Positions 8,016 through 17,276 of a stretch of DNA of 64,000 nt are shown piece after piece. Origin of the DNA: Planctomycetota bacterium (GTDB taxonomy: Bacteria; Planctomycetota; Phycisphaerae; SM23-33); assembly GCA_030635145.1 (NCBI GenBank), contig DAOVZK010000003.1, forward strand, positions 38,732 to 102,731, written 5' to 3'. Position numbers and translations under genes: made by a program. Position 1 is the stretch's first letter. Each line of letters opens with the position of its first letter. The notes beneath the pieces are model-generated. The model worked only from the letters and a program-made list of their open reading frames with translations. It did no database searches and was not told the DNA's origin.

Positions 8016-9545
8016 TTGAACAAAACAACACATCATATCCTTGTAGCCTTGCTTGCAATTTTTGTTTGCAGCAGCACTGCGATTTGTCAAACACCCAAAG
8101 TAAAACCCGCCAGCGTGAAGCAGGCTGTGAAATTTTTCAGCGACAAGCTCGCCGGTTCAAACGATCTCAACCGTGCCATCGTTTTGCGCGGGCTTGAATC
8201 CACCGAAGACAAACATCTATTGCCGCTCTTTGCCGCGCTGCTGGAAAGCGGCGACAAGGAATTGCGGTTGATGGGCACAGCTATGATCGCCAGCGTTGGT
8301 GGTAAAGATGCGGCACCGGCGCTACTGAAGCGGCTGCAAAAAGACCCGTCAATGGCGATTCGCGGCGAGGCGCTCGTACAGCTAGACGCTCTCGATGCGA
8401 TTTCGACGGCCGATCTGGAAAAAGCCGCGGGCATTGACGATGAAGGGATCAAAATCGTCGCGGCACGGATGCTCGCCAGCAAAGGTAAAACCAAAATCGC
8501 CCGCGGAATTCTCACGAAGCTTACCGAGTCGCGTGAACCAGCGAATGTTGCTTTTGCACGCATGACGCTGCTGGGTATGGGCGACCGGCGGCAATACGCC
8601 AAGCTGCTGCGGATTAGTCGTGACCCTAAAACGAGCAAGGACGTTTTGATTCGTCTGCTGAACCAGATCGCGCAGGACAAAATCTCCAGCGCCTTGCCGA
8701 TGGTCGAGTCGATGTGCTCCGACGACTATGCGTGGGATGTTCGGCTGCGAGCTTACGACGTTATTTCCAAGCTATCGCCCAAGGGCACACAAAAATTGAC
8801 ACAGGCATTCAACGCCACCACCAACCTGCTGCTGCGAATCAACCTGTTGCAGATGCTCGCCGACCGCGACGACTCGCGCGATCAGATCGACCACATCGCT
8901 GCCGGAAATGTAAAAAACCTAGTCACGATTGTTGCGAAATTTGAAAAAGCCCGCAATACCAAACCCTTCAATCCCAAAACTGCCGAAAAAATCGCACTCG
9001 AAATGGTAAACACCGGGCATCCCGTCTACATCGAATATCTGCTGACCCGCATGGCTGAGGACATCGAAAAAGATAAGTCCGCCGCCGCGTTCTACGCCAC
9101 CCCGATTATCACGTATCTTTCGTCAATCAAGCTAAACCCGCGCAAGATGACCGCAGAGCACGGGCGGGCGGGCAAGGCGGTGGAGTTGCTCGTGGACCTC
9201 GGAAACGAAACGGCGATGAAGGGTTTGTGGGATATTGTTTCTGCCCCGGGTAATTCGCCGCTCAAGCGAATGACGGTGGCGTCGATGTACAGGTCGGACA
9301 ACGACAAGGTTTGCGATTTCGTAAAACCACTGCTCAACAGCGGGTATCCCAAACTCCGAACCTACGCCGCCTTGCTGCTGGGTAAGCATCACAAACCCGA
9401 AGCCATTAGCGTACTGGAAGAAATCCAAAATTCCTTGGCGAAGAAAAAAGACCCGGGCCCAAAATCGCTAATAAACTGGTACATCATCAGCCTCTACGAC
9501 AATCCCACCGCCGCCGTCGCCGAAATCAGCAAAACCATCAAGTAG
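8016..9545 (+). CDS. Exported HEAT-repeat protein
   Basis: Signal peptide followed by HEAT-like helical repeats (LLKRLQKDPSMAIRGEALVQL; LLNSGYPKLRTYAALLLG). TTG start chosen from GGAG spacing; the ORF track starts at 8001. Confidence 0.65.
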   Translation: MNKTTHHILVALLAIFVCSSTAICQTPKVKPASVKQAVKFFSDKLAGSNDLNRAIVLRGLESTEDKHLLPLFAALLESGDKELRLMGTAMIASVGGKDAAPALLKRLQKDPSMAIRGEALVQLDALDAISTADLEKAAGIDDEGIKIVAARMLASKGKTKIARGILTKLTESREPANVAFARMTLLGMGDRRQYAKLLRISRDPKTSKDVLIRLLNQIAQDKISSALPMVESMCSDDYAWDVRLRAYDVISKLSPKGTQKLTQAFNATTNLLLRINLLQMLADRDDSRDQIDHIAAGNVKNLVTIVAKFEKARNTKPFNPKTAEKIALEMVNTGHPVYIEYLLTRMAEDIEKDKSAAAFYATPIITYLSSIKLNPRKMTAEHGRAGKAVELLVDLGNETAMKGLWDIVSAPGNSPLKRMTVASMYRSDNDKVCDFVKPLLNSGYPKLRTYAALLLGKHHKPEAISVLEEIQNSLAKKKDPGPKSLINWYIISLYDNPTAAVAEISKTIK

Positions 9546-9546
9546 T

Positions 9547-9709
9547 GAAATACGAAATGCGAATATCGAAATGCTAAACAAGCACGAAATTCAAATTGCC
9601 AAAATATCAAAGGAATACTGGCGGCATATTGCATTCCTGTATCTGTTTTGGAAATTAGAGTTTTTTAATTCGATATTGTTTCGAATTTAGATTTTAGGAT
9701 TTCGATTTT
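9547..9709. repeat. AT-rich imperfect inverted-repeat element with heptamer periodicity (CGAAATN-type), copy 1
   Basis: Left arm GAAATAC-GAAATGC-GAATATC-GAAATGC; right arm complementary (TTTCGAATTTAGATTTTAGGATTTCGATTT). CGAATATCGAAAT(G/C)CTAAACAA is shared with 38067-38232. Confidence 0.75.
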
Positions 9710-9758
9710 ATACGCATTGCTTCGTTTTTAGTAATCGCCGCAACGTAAAGGTTAAATC

Positions 9759-9983
9759 ATGGACATCACAGCAGTATCGAAAACGCATGAAATTGTCGTA
9801 ATTGCGATCCTCGTCGCAGCTGCGATCTTTTTACTGATCCGGCAGTTCTATCGCATGGCTAAAGGCAAAGATTCGGGGTGCGCCTCCTGCTCGAAAAGCT
9901 GCTCACTGAAAAACAGCGACTCGCAATGCCCCAGCGACGACATCAACGCCTCCAAAGACGAGAGTGAAAACAACAAGGGGTAG
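9759..9983 (+). CDS. Small Cys-rich membrane protein (FeoB-associated type)
   Basis: Single N-terminal TM helix followed by GCASCSKSCS; 74 aa. Confidence 0.7.
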   Translation: MDITAVSKTHEIVVIAILVAAAIFLLIRQFYRMAKGKDSGCASCSKSCSLKNSDSQCPSDDINASKDESENNKG

Positions 9984-10056
9984 CGCGCAGCTAAAAATGC
10001 ATCGGCAACATGCCTTCTTGTTAAGGCGTCGGCAGGGAATTTGTGCTGTTGCAACT

Positions 10057-11679
10057 TTATGCTTCGGGCAGCGTCCCGTCCATTGGCAGGTGCAGCACAA
10101 AAACCGTTCCGCTGCCGGGTGTGCTTTCCAGTGTAAGTTTGGCGTTGATAAGACCGGCAAGCTCCTTGCTGATGGCCAACCCAAGCCCCGTGCCGGTGGA
10201 TTCTTTTGTTAGCGTTTCCCCGGACTGGAAGAATTTCTCGAAGACCTTGCTCTGGTCGGCCTTGCTGATTCCGGGGCCCGTATCTTTGACTGAAAGGATC
10301 AGCTTTCCGCTGCGGTTGTGTCGCCTGCTGTTTTCGGCCGACGCTGTCAGCGTAACTTCACCACCCGGCGGGGTAAACTTCACCGCATTACTCAGCAGAT
10401 TGTAGAGAATCTGCTGCAACTTCCCACCGTCGGTGACGACCATCGGCAGTTCGGGGTCGATGTTACCGATAAGGTTGATGTTCTTTTTATCAGCCAGTGG
10501 CTGCATCAGCGTGATGAGCATTTGGCAGGTGTCGAGCACGGAAACCCTGTCCATGCGGACCTCGGATTTGCCGGCTTCGATTTTCGCCAAGTCGAGCATA
10601 TCGTTGATCATCATCAGCAGATTCTTGGCGGCAGTGGCGATGTTGTTTCCGTAGCGCGAAATTTTATCGTCGTCAGTACCGGCCAGCAAATCGGCGAATC
10701 CGATGATGCTGTTGAGCGGTGTTCGCAGTTCGTGCGAAACGTTGGCGAGAAATTCGCTTTTGACAAGGTTGGCCTGGTGCAGGGCGGTGTTGCGTTCCCC
10801 GAGTTCTACCATGCGAAGTTCGACGGCCTTGTTGGCGGCGCGAAGTTCTTTGTGCTGAGCGGCAATGGCGTCGAGCATTTCGTTGAAGCTTTCGCCCAGC
10901 CGTTGCAACTCATCGTCAGTCTTCAGCGTGCTGCGAACGGCCAGATCACCCTCGGTGACTTTGTCGGCGAGTACTCGAAGTTTTTTCACCGGCCGAAGCA
11001 CGAGACGATGCGAAATGATATCAAAAATCACAAGCACCACCATCCCGGCCAACAGGCTGCCAATAACGATCGCCCCGCGTGCCAGCCAAAGTTGCGTGGG
11101 GCTTGCAGATTTTTCGGGTAGCGTCACGCCGATCATCGCCACGAGCTGCCCGTGCTTGAATCGCGATTTGCCCGGCATCGCCGAGTCGGGGTTGTGGCAG
11201 CGCGTGCAGTCCCACGGTTTTTCGGAGGTTATCCGCACAGCGCGGAAACAGCTATAAACGGTTTTGCCTTGCTCGTTGCTGGTTTTGTACCACGTCAAAA
11301 GGCGGTCGGGATTTTGGAAGGTTTTGTAGGCTTTGCGGGCGGGGTTGTCGAGGGTGGCGGTGGGATTGGCCTGATCGAGCACCATAAACGATGGCCCGGT
11401 AATCCCCTCAGTGCCGCGGCCTTCGGAATACAGCGAATAGACCTCGCTGTTGGCGTCGCGGGCGGATTGGGCGGTTTCCTGGTTGTGATGAAACCGCGCC
11501 CACTCGTTTAGTCGCAGACGCGTCAGTTCGCGTGTGGGCCCTTCAAGGCCTTGCTCGGACAGCACCTCCATGGAATACCACGGCACGACGAGCGCAGCTG
11601 TGATCACTCCCAGCAACGCCAGGAAAAACAGCAACCGAAACTTCACTGCGAGCGAGATGCGTATGAATCGCTTGGCCAT
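10057..11679 (-). CDS. Sensor histidine kinase with periplasmic CxxCH (DUF3365-like) domain, HAMP, HisKA, HATPase
   Basis: Two TMs flank a domain containing CTRCH; HAMP (DDELQRLGESFNEM); FLANVSHELRTPLN; QILYNLLSNAVKFT; DTGPGI; GTGLGL. Confidence 0.92.
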   Translation of the reverse strand: MAKRFIRISLAVKFRLLFFLALLGVITAALVVPWYSMEVLSEQGLEGPTRELTRLRLNEWARFHHNQETAQSARDANSEVYSLYSEGRGTEGITGPSFMVLDQANPTATLDNPARKAYKTFQNPDRLLTWYKTSNEQGKTVYSCFRAVRITSEKPWDCTRCHNPDSAMPGKSRFKHGQLVAMIGVTLPEKSASPTQLWLARGAIVIGSLLAGMVVLVIFDIISHRLVLRPVKKLRVLADKVTEGDLAVRSTLKTDDELQRLGESFNEMLDAIAAQHKELRAANKAVELRMVELGERNTALHQANLVKSEFLANVSHELRTPLNSIIGFADLLAGTDDDKISRYGNNIATAAKNLLMMINDMLDLAKIEAGKSEVRMDRVSVLDTCQMLITLMQPLADKKNINLIGNIDPELPMVVTDGGKLQQILYNLLSNAVKFTPPGGEVTLTASAENSRRHNRSGKLILSVKDTGPGISKADQSKVFEKFFQSGETLTKESTGTGLGLAISKELAGLINAKLTLESTPGSGTVFVLHLPMDGTLPEA

Positions 11680-11812
11680 GCCGGTATCTTAGTCCGAATA
11701 TCCCGCAAAGTAAATCCAAAGGGCGCGATGCCGTGTAGTTTAATATTCCGTAGTGATTATTCGAGCACAATCTCGAGCGGAAGAAGCTGGTACAATTGAA
11801 TCAGGGTGGTAG

Positions 11813-12100
11813 TTATAAATCTTTGACATCTCGCAAAGCCCGGCCTTTGAGGTAAATTTCGCGGATATCGCGCAGGGCGTATCCGGTTTCGTTGAGGCGG
11901 CGGATGAGTTTGATGCGCTTGATGAGGCCGCTGTCGAAAAATCGCCCGTACCGCCCTGTCTCGCGCAGCGGGGTAACCAACCCGAGCATTATGTAGTACT
12001 CGACGGTTTGTGTGCTGACGGCGGCGGCGCTGGCAGCTTTGGATATACGAACCCAACCTTCGGGGAGGGTGTTTTTAGATTGTACCTTCTTTTTCGCCAC
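11813..12100 (-). CDS. MerR-family HTH transcriptional regulator
   Basis: RISKAASAAAVSTQTVEYYIMLGLVTP...GRFF...IKLIRRLNETGYALRDIRE. GTG start with GGAG 5 nt upstream; the ORF track starts at 12127. Confidence 0.8.
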   Translation of the reverse strand: MAKKKVQSKNTLPEGWVRISKAASAAAVSTQTVEYYIMLGLVTPLRETGRYGRFFDSGLIKRIKLIRRLNETGYALRDIREIYLKGRALRDVKDL

Positions 12101-12292
12101 AATACTCCAATTAGTTACTGGGGCCATCTAAAACGGCCTGCGATATAGAGTGTTATCGCACAGTTACCCCGAAATTCTTTAGCCCTTACCGCCCGAAATC
12201 TGTAACGCCCTGGGGCGGTCAGAAAACGGTCAAAACTTTCCGTTTTTTTTTGGTTCACAGCCCGGGCGGCTGATAGAATGCTCCGAACCACC

Positions 12293-13069
12293 ATGGACGA
12301 CAAGAATCGCAAATTGAAACTGGTCATCGCGTATAACGGCGCGATGTATCGGGGCTGGCAGCGGCAGGCCGACGGGATCGACACCGTTCAGCTGCGCGTG
12401 GAGACCGCCGCCAAGTATGTGTTGCGACATCCGTTGCATGTGCATGGTTGCAGCAGAACCGACAGCGGTGTTCACGCCGAGGGCCAGGTCGCACACATTC
12501 GCACCAGCAGTAGCATTCCTGTCGTTGGCATGCGAAAAGCGATGAACTCCCGCCTGCCGAAAGACATCGTAATTCGCTCGGTGTGTGACGTTCCGATGAG
12601 TTTCAATTCGTCGCTGTCGGCGGTGGGTAAAACGTATCGGTATCGCATTCATATGGGCCCGGGTCGGCCGGTGCATTTGGCGGGACAGGTTTACTGTCAT
12701 TGGAAATCGCTGGACACCGACGCCATGTCCGTCGCTGCCTGTAAGCTTGTCGGTGAGCACGATTTTCGCGGGTTTGCGTCGTCGGCCGACAAACGACAAA
12801 TTACCGTGCGAAAAATTTTCAGCTGCCACGTAGCCCCCATCGAACACGAAAACGAAATCCATGTAACGATCTCCGGTAACGGATTTTTGTACAACATGGT
12901 GCGGAATATCGTCGGCACGTTAATAGACGTCGGCCGCGGGCGATGGGCACCGACGCAGATCGACAAAATCATCGAAACGCGCGACCGCGATATCGCCGGG
13001 CCAACAACACCCCCCGACGGCCTGACGCTTATGTGCGTCAATTACCCCCCGGAAGCGTTGCAATTTTAA
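12293..13069 (+). CDS. truA: tRNA pseudouridine(38-40) synthase TruA
   Basis: AYNGAMYRGWQRQ, GCSRTDSGVHAEGQ (catalytic Asp), GNGFLYNMVRNIVGTL. The ATG at 12278 overlaps an extended -10 (TGATAGAAT), so 12293 is preferred. Confidence 0.95.
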   Translation: MDDKNRKLKLVIAYNGAMYRGWQRQADGIDTVQLRVETAAKYVLRHPLHVHGCSRTDSGVHAEGQVAHIRTSSSIPVVGMRKAMNSRLPKDIVIRSVCDVPMSFNSSLSAVGKTYRYRIHMGPGRPVHLAGQVYCHWKSLDTDAMSVAACKLVGEHDFRGFASSADKRQITVRKIFSCHVAPIEHENEIHVTISGNGFLYNMVRNIVGTLIDVGRGRWAPTQIDKIIETRDRDIAGPTTPPDGLTLMCVNYPPEALQF

Positions 13070-13200
13070 TTTATTACATTTTTCGAGGTGGGTAAATTGA
13101 ACGAGTCTTGCTTCGTCGGATGATTGCCTGTCTAATATGTCGCTTGGCGCCGACGGCGGCGTGTTGAAACAGGTTTTGGCCAGATTGAGAAGCAAACAGG

Positions 13201-15552
13201 ATGCATCCAGGAGAATTTGTATACCGTTGGCGTTGGGTGATAGTGGCGATATGGATTGCCGCTTGCGTGGGGCTTTTTGTATTCGTTCCGCATGGTGACC
13301 CGTCGGCCAGCGAGCATCGCAGTTTTCTTCCCGACGACACACCATCGCGAGTGGCTACCACGAAGTTGGCCAAGCTGTTTCCCGATTCGTGCGGGTTGTC
13401 GCAGGCGACGGTTATTTTCGAGCGCAGCAGCGGGGCATTGACAAAGTCGGACGAAAAGTACATCAATAAGATCGCCGGCAAAATAAAACGCCCGAATCCG
13501 AACCATCCAAGACCGGGCAAGGAGGAACTCGAACAGCTGACGGTTGTATCCCCCGGAATGCTGGACATTGCCCACCGCTTTGCCCAGACCCGCGCGAGTG
13601 CCCAAGCTATACTGAAGGGCAAAGCTGCTCCGGTGAAGGGAAAATTTCACAATCCGCTGAAAAGCAAAATCGATGCCAACGGACAAGCCGCCATCATTCG
13701 CGTAAACATCCCAGCCGACTACATCACGTCGCGCTCGGGACGCGTAATCAAACACATCCGCCGTCTGGTTGCCGAGAATTCACCACCGACTGGGCTAACG
13801 GCAGCGATTACCGGGTCGGGCGGATACGGGCACGACTACGCCGAGTTCGTCCGCCGCGGGCATACGCGAACCATGTACGCCACCCTCATCGCCGTCATCG
13901 TAATTCTGCTGATCGTATACCGCGCACCGCTGGCCTCGGTCATACCACTGATCGCCGTCAGCATCGCCGCAGCCATCGTCGTGAAAATAATGAATATTCT
14001 GCAGAACATGGGCTTCAGTATCGGAATGGCCGAGCAGATTTTTGTCTTCGTGCTGATGTACGGGGCGGGTGTGGATTATTCACTGCTGCTGATCAGCCGC
14101 TACCGCGAATTTCTCGCGTGCGGCGAATCGCATCGTGGCGCGATGAGTCGTGCGTTGGATGCAACGTTCCCGGCGATAACGGCGTCGGCGGCGACGGACT
14201 CGATTGGCATGTTGATGCTGGTGTTCTGCAGCTTTTTGATCTTCAAAACCACAGGCCCGATTGTGGCGATGTCGTTGGTGGTGGCGCTGCTGGCGGCGGT
14301 GACGCTGGTACCGGCAATGATCGGCATTTTCGGCCCACGAATCTTTTGGCCGACACGAATTGTAACTCATCACACCAAGGCGGGAAAATTCTCGCTCCAA
14401 CACGTCTGGCCGTTCATCGCGCGAAAAGTTACCAAACGACCCGCCATCGTTTTGGTCGCGACTTTGGTGCTGCTGCTGATTCCGGCCTCGCAGGTGCCGA
14501 AAATTACCTGGGTGTATGATGCACTGGCTGGAATCGACGAGGAAAATATCCAAAACGTCGGCAACGCCGCATCTGGTTTGGGCGTTGCAAAGCGCCATTG
14601 GCCAATCGGCGAGACCGGGCCAGTCAGCGTACTGATTCAGCAGGACAAAGGCCATACAAAGCTGACGAAAAAACAATGGAACGAACTTTCGCGAACGATC
14701 ACCCGACGCGTGGGCGATCTCGACGGGGTGCAAAACGTTCGCTCACTAACTCAGCCTATCGGCAACGACGTGACGGCAACGAACAACACGGCGATGGCGA
14801 AACTGCTGGACAATTTCGGAAAAAATCCCTTCTACAAAGGCGGGTTCCGCTGCATTCGGGTTGAGGTGCTGCTGGGTACGCACACGATGAGCAACGCCGC
14901 GATGGATACGGTAAAGCAAATTCGTGAAATTAGCGAGTCGGTTCTAAAAAACGCCGGGCTGGAAAAAACCGTGCATGTCTACATCGGTGGGTCAACGGCA
15001 CAGATGATGGATATCAAAACCGTCACGCAGAGTGACTTTCGGAGAGTGATTGTGCTGGTGCTGGGCGTGATCTTCATCATCGTGATGATCCTGTTGCGAG
15101 ATATCTTCCTTACGATTTTCATAATCGGCGCGATCATCTTGAGCTACCTCGCGACGCTGGGAATCAGTGCGTGGGTGTTCATCAACTTCCTCGGAATGGA
15201 AGGGCTTGACTGGAAAGTCGAAATGTTCCTGTTCGTGGTAATGGCAGCTGTGGGTGTAGACTACAGCATCTTTTTGGCATCGCGATTGGCACAGGAAGCT
15301 CGCAACTGCGAACCGCGCGAAGCCGTCCGGCGAGCAGTTGCGTTTACCGGCCCGGTGATCAGTTCGTGCGGATTGATAATGGCAGCTACGCTCGGGTCGC
15401 TGATGGCAGGACGCATCGAACTGCTCCGCGAACTGGGATTCGCGCTGGGGCTTGGCATGCTGGTGGATACTTTCATCGTTCGCCCGCTGCTGTTACCGTC
15501 GTTTGCGGCGCTGTTCAAACGCACCGGCAAAAAAAGCAAACTGATTGGATAG
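13201..15552 (+). CDS. MMPL-family (RND) transporter
   Basis: Two repeats of periplasmic loop plus TM bundle; GAGVDYSLLLISRYRE, GVDYSIFLASR, GPVISSCGLIMA, DTFIVRPLLLP. Confidence 0.9.
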   Translation: MHPGEFVYRWRWVIVAIWIAACVGLFVFVPHGDPSASEHRSFLPDDTPSRVATTKLAKLFPDSCGLSQATVIFERSSGALTKSDEKYINKIAGKIKRPNPNHPRPGKEELEQLTVVSPGMLDIAHRFAQTRASAQAILKGKAAPVKGKFHNPLKSKIDANGQAAIIRVNIPADYITSRSGRVIKHIRRLVAENSPPTGLTAAITGSGGYGHDYAEFVRRGHTRTMYATLIAVIVILLIVYRAPLASVIPLIAVSIAAAIVVKIMNILQNMGFSIGMAEQIFVFVLMYGAGVDYSLLLISRYREFLACGESHRGAMSRALDATFPAITASAATDSIGMLMLVFCSFLIFKTTGPIVAMSLVVALLAAVTLVPAMIGIFGPRIFWPTRIVTHHTKAGKFSLQHVWPFIARKVTKRPAIVLVATLVLLLIPASQVPKITWVYDALAGIDEENIQNVGNAASGLGVAKRHWPIGETGPVSVLIQQDKGHTKLTKKQWNELSRTITRRVGDLDGVQNVRSLTQPIGNDVTATNNTAMAKLLDNFGKNPFYKGGFRCIRVEVLLGTHTMSNAAMDTVKQIREISESVLKNAGLEKTVHVYIGGSTAQMMDIKTVTQSDFRRVIVLVLGVIFIIVMILLRDIFLTIFIIGAIILSYLATLGISAWVFINFLGMEGLDWKVEMFLFVVMAAVGVDYSIFLASRLAQEARNCEPREAVRRAVAFTGPVISSCGLIMAATLGSLMAGRIELLRELGFALGLGMLVDTFIVRPLLLPSFAALFKRTGKKSKLIG

Positions 15553-15577
15553 CGACGATTCTGCGGGAGACAGTCAC

Positions 15578-16363
15578 ATGCACGTTAACGAATATGGCAC
15601 TTCGGGGCGACGGGTAATTGTCCTTCATGGTGGCCCGGGGGCTGCGGGCAATGCAGAACCAATCGCCAAAGGCCTGGCCGATGAGTTTCGCGTTTTGGAA
15701 CCGTATCAGCGCAGCAGCGGCAAAACTCCACTGACCGTCGCAACGCATATCGCCGACATCAAAGAACTGATCGAAACGAAATGCACCGACGAATGCCCCG
15801 CAATTATTGGCGAATCATGGGGTGCAATGCTCGCACTTGCCTTCGCCACCGAACACCCTGCCCTCACCGGGCCGATTGTGCTGGTCGGCTGCGGAACTTT
15901 CGATCCGCAAACGCGACGAATTTTCGAGGAAACCGGCGAATCTCGCATGGATGAGGCACAGCGCAAACGTATCTCATCGCTGGAACAAAAATTTACCGAC
16001 CCCGACGAGCGACGCAAAGCTTACTTCGCAGAAATCACTCCACTGTATGCATATGCCCCGCTGCCGCGTCCACCGAAAGACCTGACCAACTTCGACATGC
16101 GCGGTCACAGCGAAACATGGAACGACATGTTGCAGCTGCAGGAAACCGGCGTGTATCCCAAAGCTTTCACGGACATCAAGTCGCCCGTGTTAATGCTGCA
16201 CGGAGACTACGATCCGCACCCTGGACTGCGCACGCGAGATTTACTGCAGCAGTATATCCCGCAGCTGGAATATCATGAGCTGGAAAAATGCGGGCACTCG
16301 CCATGGGAAGAAAAATTTGCCCGCGACGATTTTTTTGCGATCTTGCACGAGTGGTTGAAATAG
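15578..16363 (+). CDS. Alpha/beta hydrolase (proline iminopeptidase-like)
   Basis: VLHGGPG oxyanion motif, GESWGA nucleophile elbow, HGDYD, CGHSPW. Confidence 0.85.
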   Translation: MHVNEYGTSGRRVIVLHGGPGAAGNAEPIAKGLADEFRVLEPYQRSSGKTPLTVATHIADIKELIETKCTDECPAIIGESWGAMLALAFATEHPALTGPIVLVGCGTFDPQTRRIFEETGESRMDEAQRKRISSLEQKFTDPDERRKAYFAEITPLYAYAPLPRPPKDLTNFDMRGHSETWNDMLQLQETGVYPKAFTDIKSPVLMLHGDYDPHPGLRTRDLLQQYIPQLEYHELEKCGHSPWEEKFARDDFFAILHEWLK

Positions 16364-16381
16364 CGATCTTCCCACCGCGGA

Positions 16382-17170
16382 TCATGCCCCGTAGCTATGC
16401 CGCCCGGCGAAGATTTTCGCGAGGCTCACCAGCAGCAGCGTGCAGATGATTCCGCACATTCCGAGAAACACCAGCAGTGTCGCGGTTTTCGGGGCACTCT
16501 TGCCGTATTGGTAGCGGACGTGAAAATAAATTACGAACACCAGCCACGTTCCCAGCGACCACATTTCCTTGGGGTCCCAATTCCAGTAGTCGCCCCAAAT
16601 TTGCTTACCCCAGTAGGCCCCCAGCAGTAATCCGAGCGTTAGAAGCGGAAATCCTAACCGCACGAGATTGTAGCAGGCACGTTCGGATTGCGCCGATATT
16701 TGCGGAGACTTATATGACACCATTTGCAAAAAACCCTGCAGCGTTGCCTTGGCCATTACCACGTAGGCTACGACGTAAACCAGCACATGCGGAGCAAAAA
16801 CCGGAAACTGCAACGCCGGTGGTAACAGCTGCATCTGATCCGAAAACACAAAACCGCACGGAAACAAAATCACTGCCCCGATAAGCGGGTCAAACTGATA
16901 CCCGCGGGCAGCGAGCATGCGGTCGGCAAATAGCGACAGCGGAAAAATCAGCGCCCCCATCATCAACATAACCTCAAAAAGATTTTGCAGCGGAATATGC
17001 CCCACCGTCACCCATCGTAGCATAATCGCCGCCGCCGCAATCGCAAATCCGCACGCGTAAACGGCCCACGTAATTTTCGGACGTCTGAAAAACGATACTG
17101 CAAACGCAAGCAGATACGCACCCATCGTCAGGTAAATCAGCAGACCCAAGATATTCGTTTTAACGTGCAT
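16382..17170 (-). CDS. ccsA: Cytochrome c biogenesis protein CcsA (System II)
   Basis: GHIPLQNLFE, HVLVY, Trp-rich WGKQIWGDYWNWDPKEMW, C-terminal GRHSY. Confidence 0.9.
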   Translation of the reverse strand: MHVKTNILGLLIYLTMGAYLLAFAVSFFRRPKITWAVYACGFAIAAAAIMLRWVTVGHIPLQNLFEVMLMMGALIFPLSLFADRMLAARGYQFDPLIGAVILFPCGFVFSDQMQLLPPALQFPVFAPHVLVYVVAYVVMAKATLQGFLQMVSYKSPQISAQSERACYNLVRLGFPLLTLGLLLGAYWGKQIWGDYWNWDPKEMWSLGTWLVFVIYFHVRYQYGKSAPKTATLLVFLGMCGIICTLLLVSLAKIFAGRHSYGA

Positions 17171-17276
17171 GAATATGTCTGTTCATCAATTATCAGTCGG
17201 CTTCCGAAGATTCAGGTTCAACTCCATGCCGCTGATTGTCGCCCAATATCTCGTAAAAGTCAATCAGCCATTGGGT

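Noticed and set aside
13201-15552. MMPL transporter as HpnN linked to the HpnR-like radical SAM gene
   Set aside because: They are more than 30 kb apart, there are no hopanoid genes in the window, and MMPL proteins have diverse substrates.
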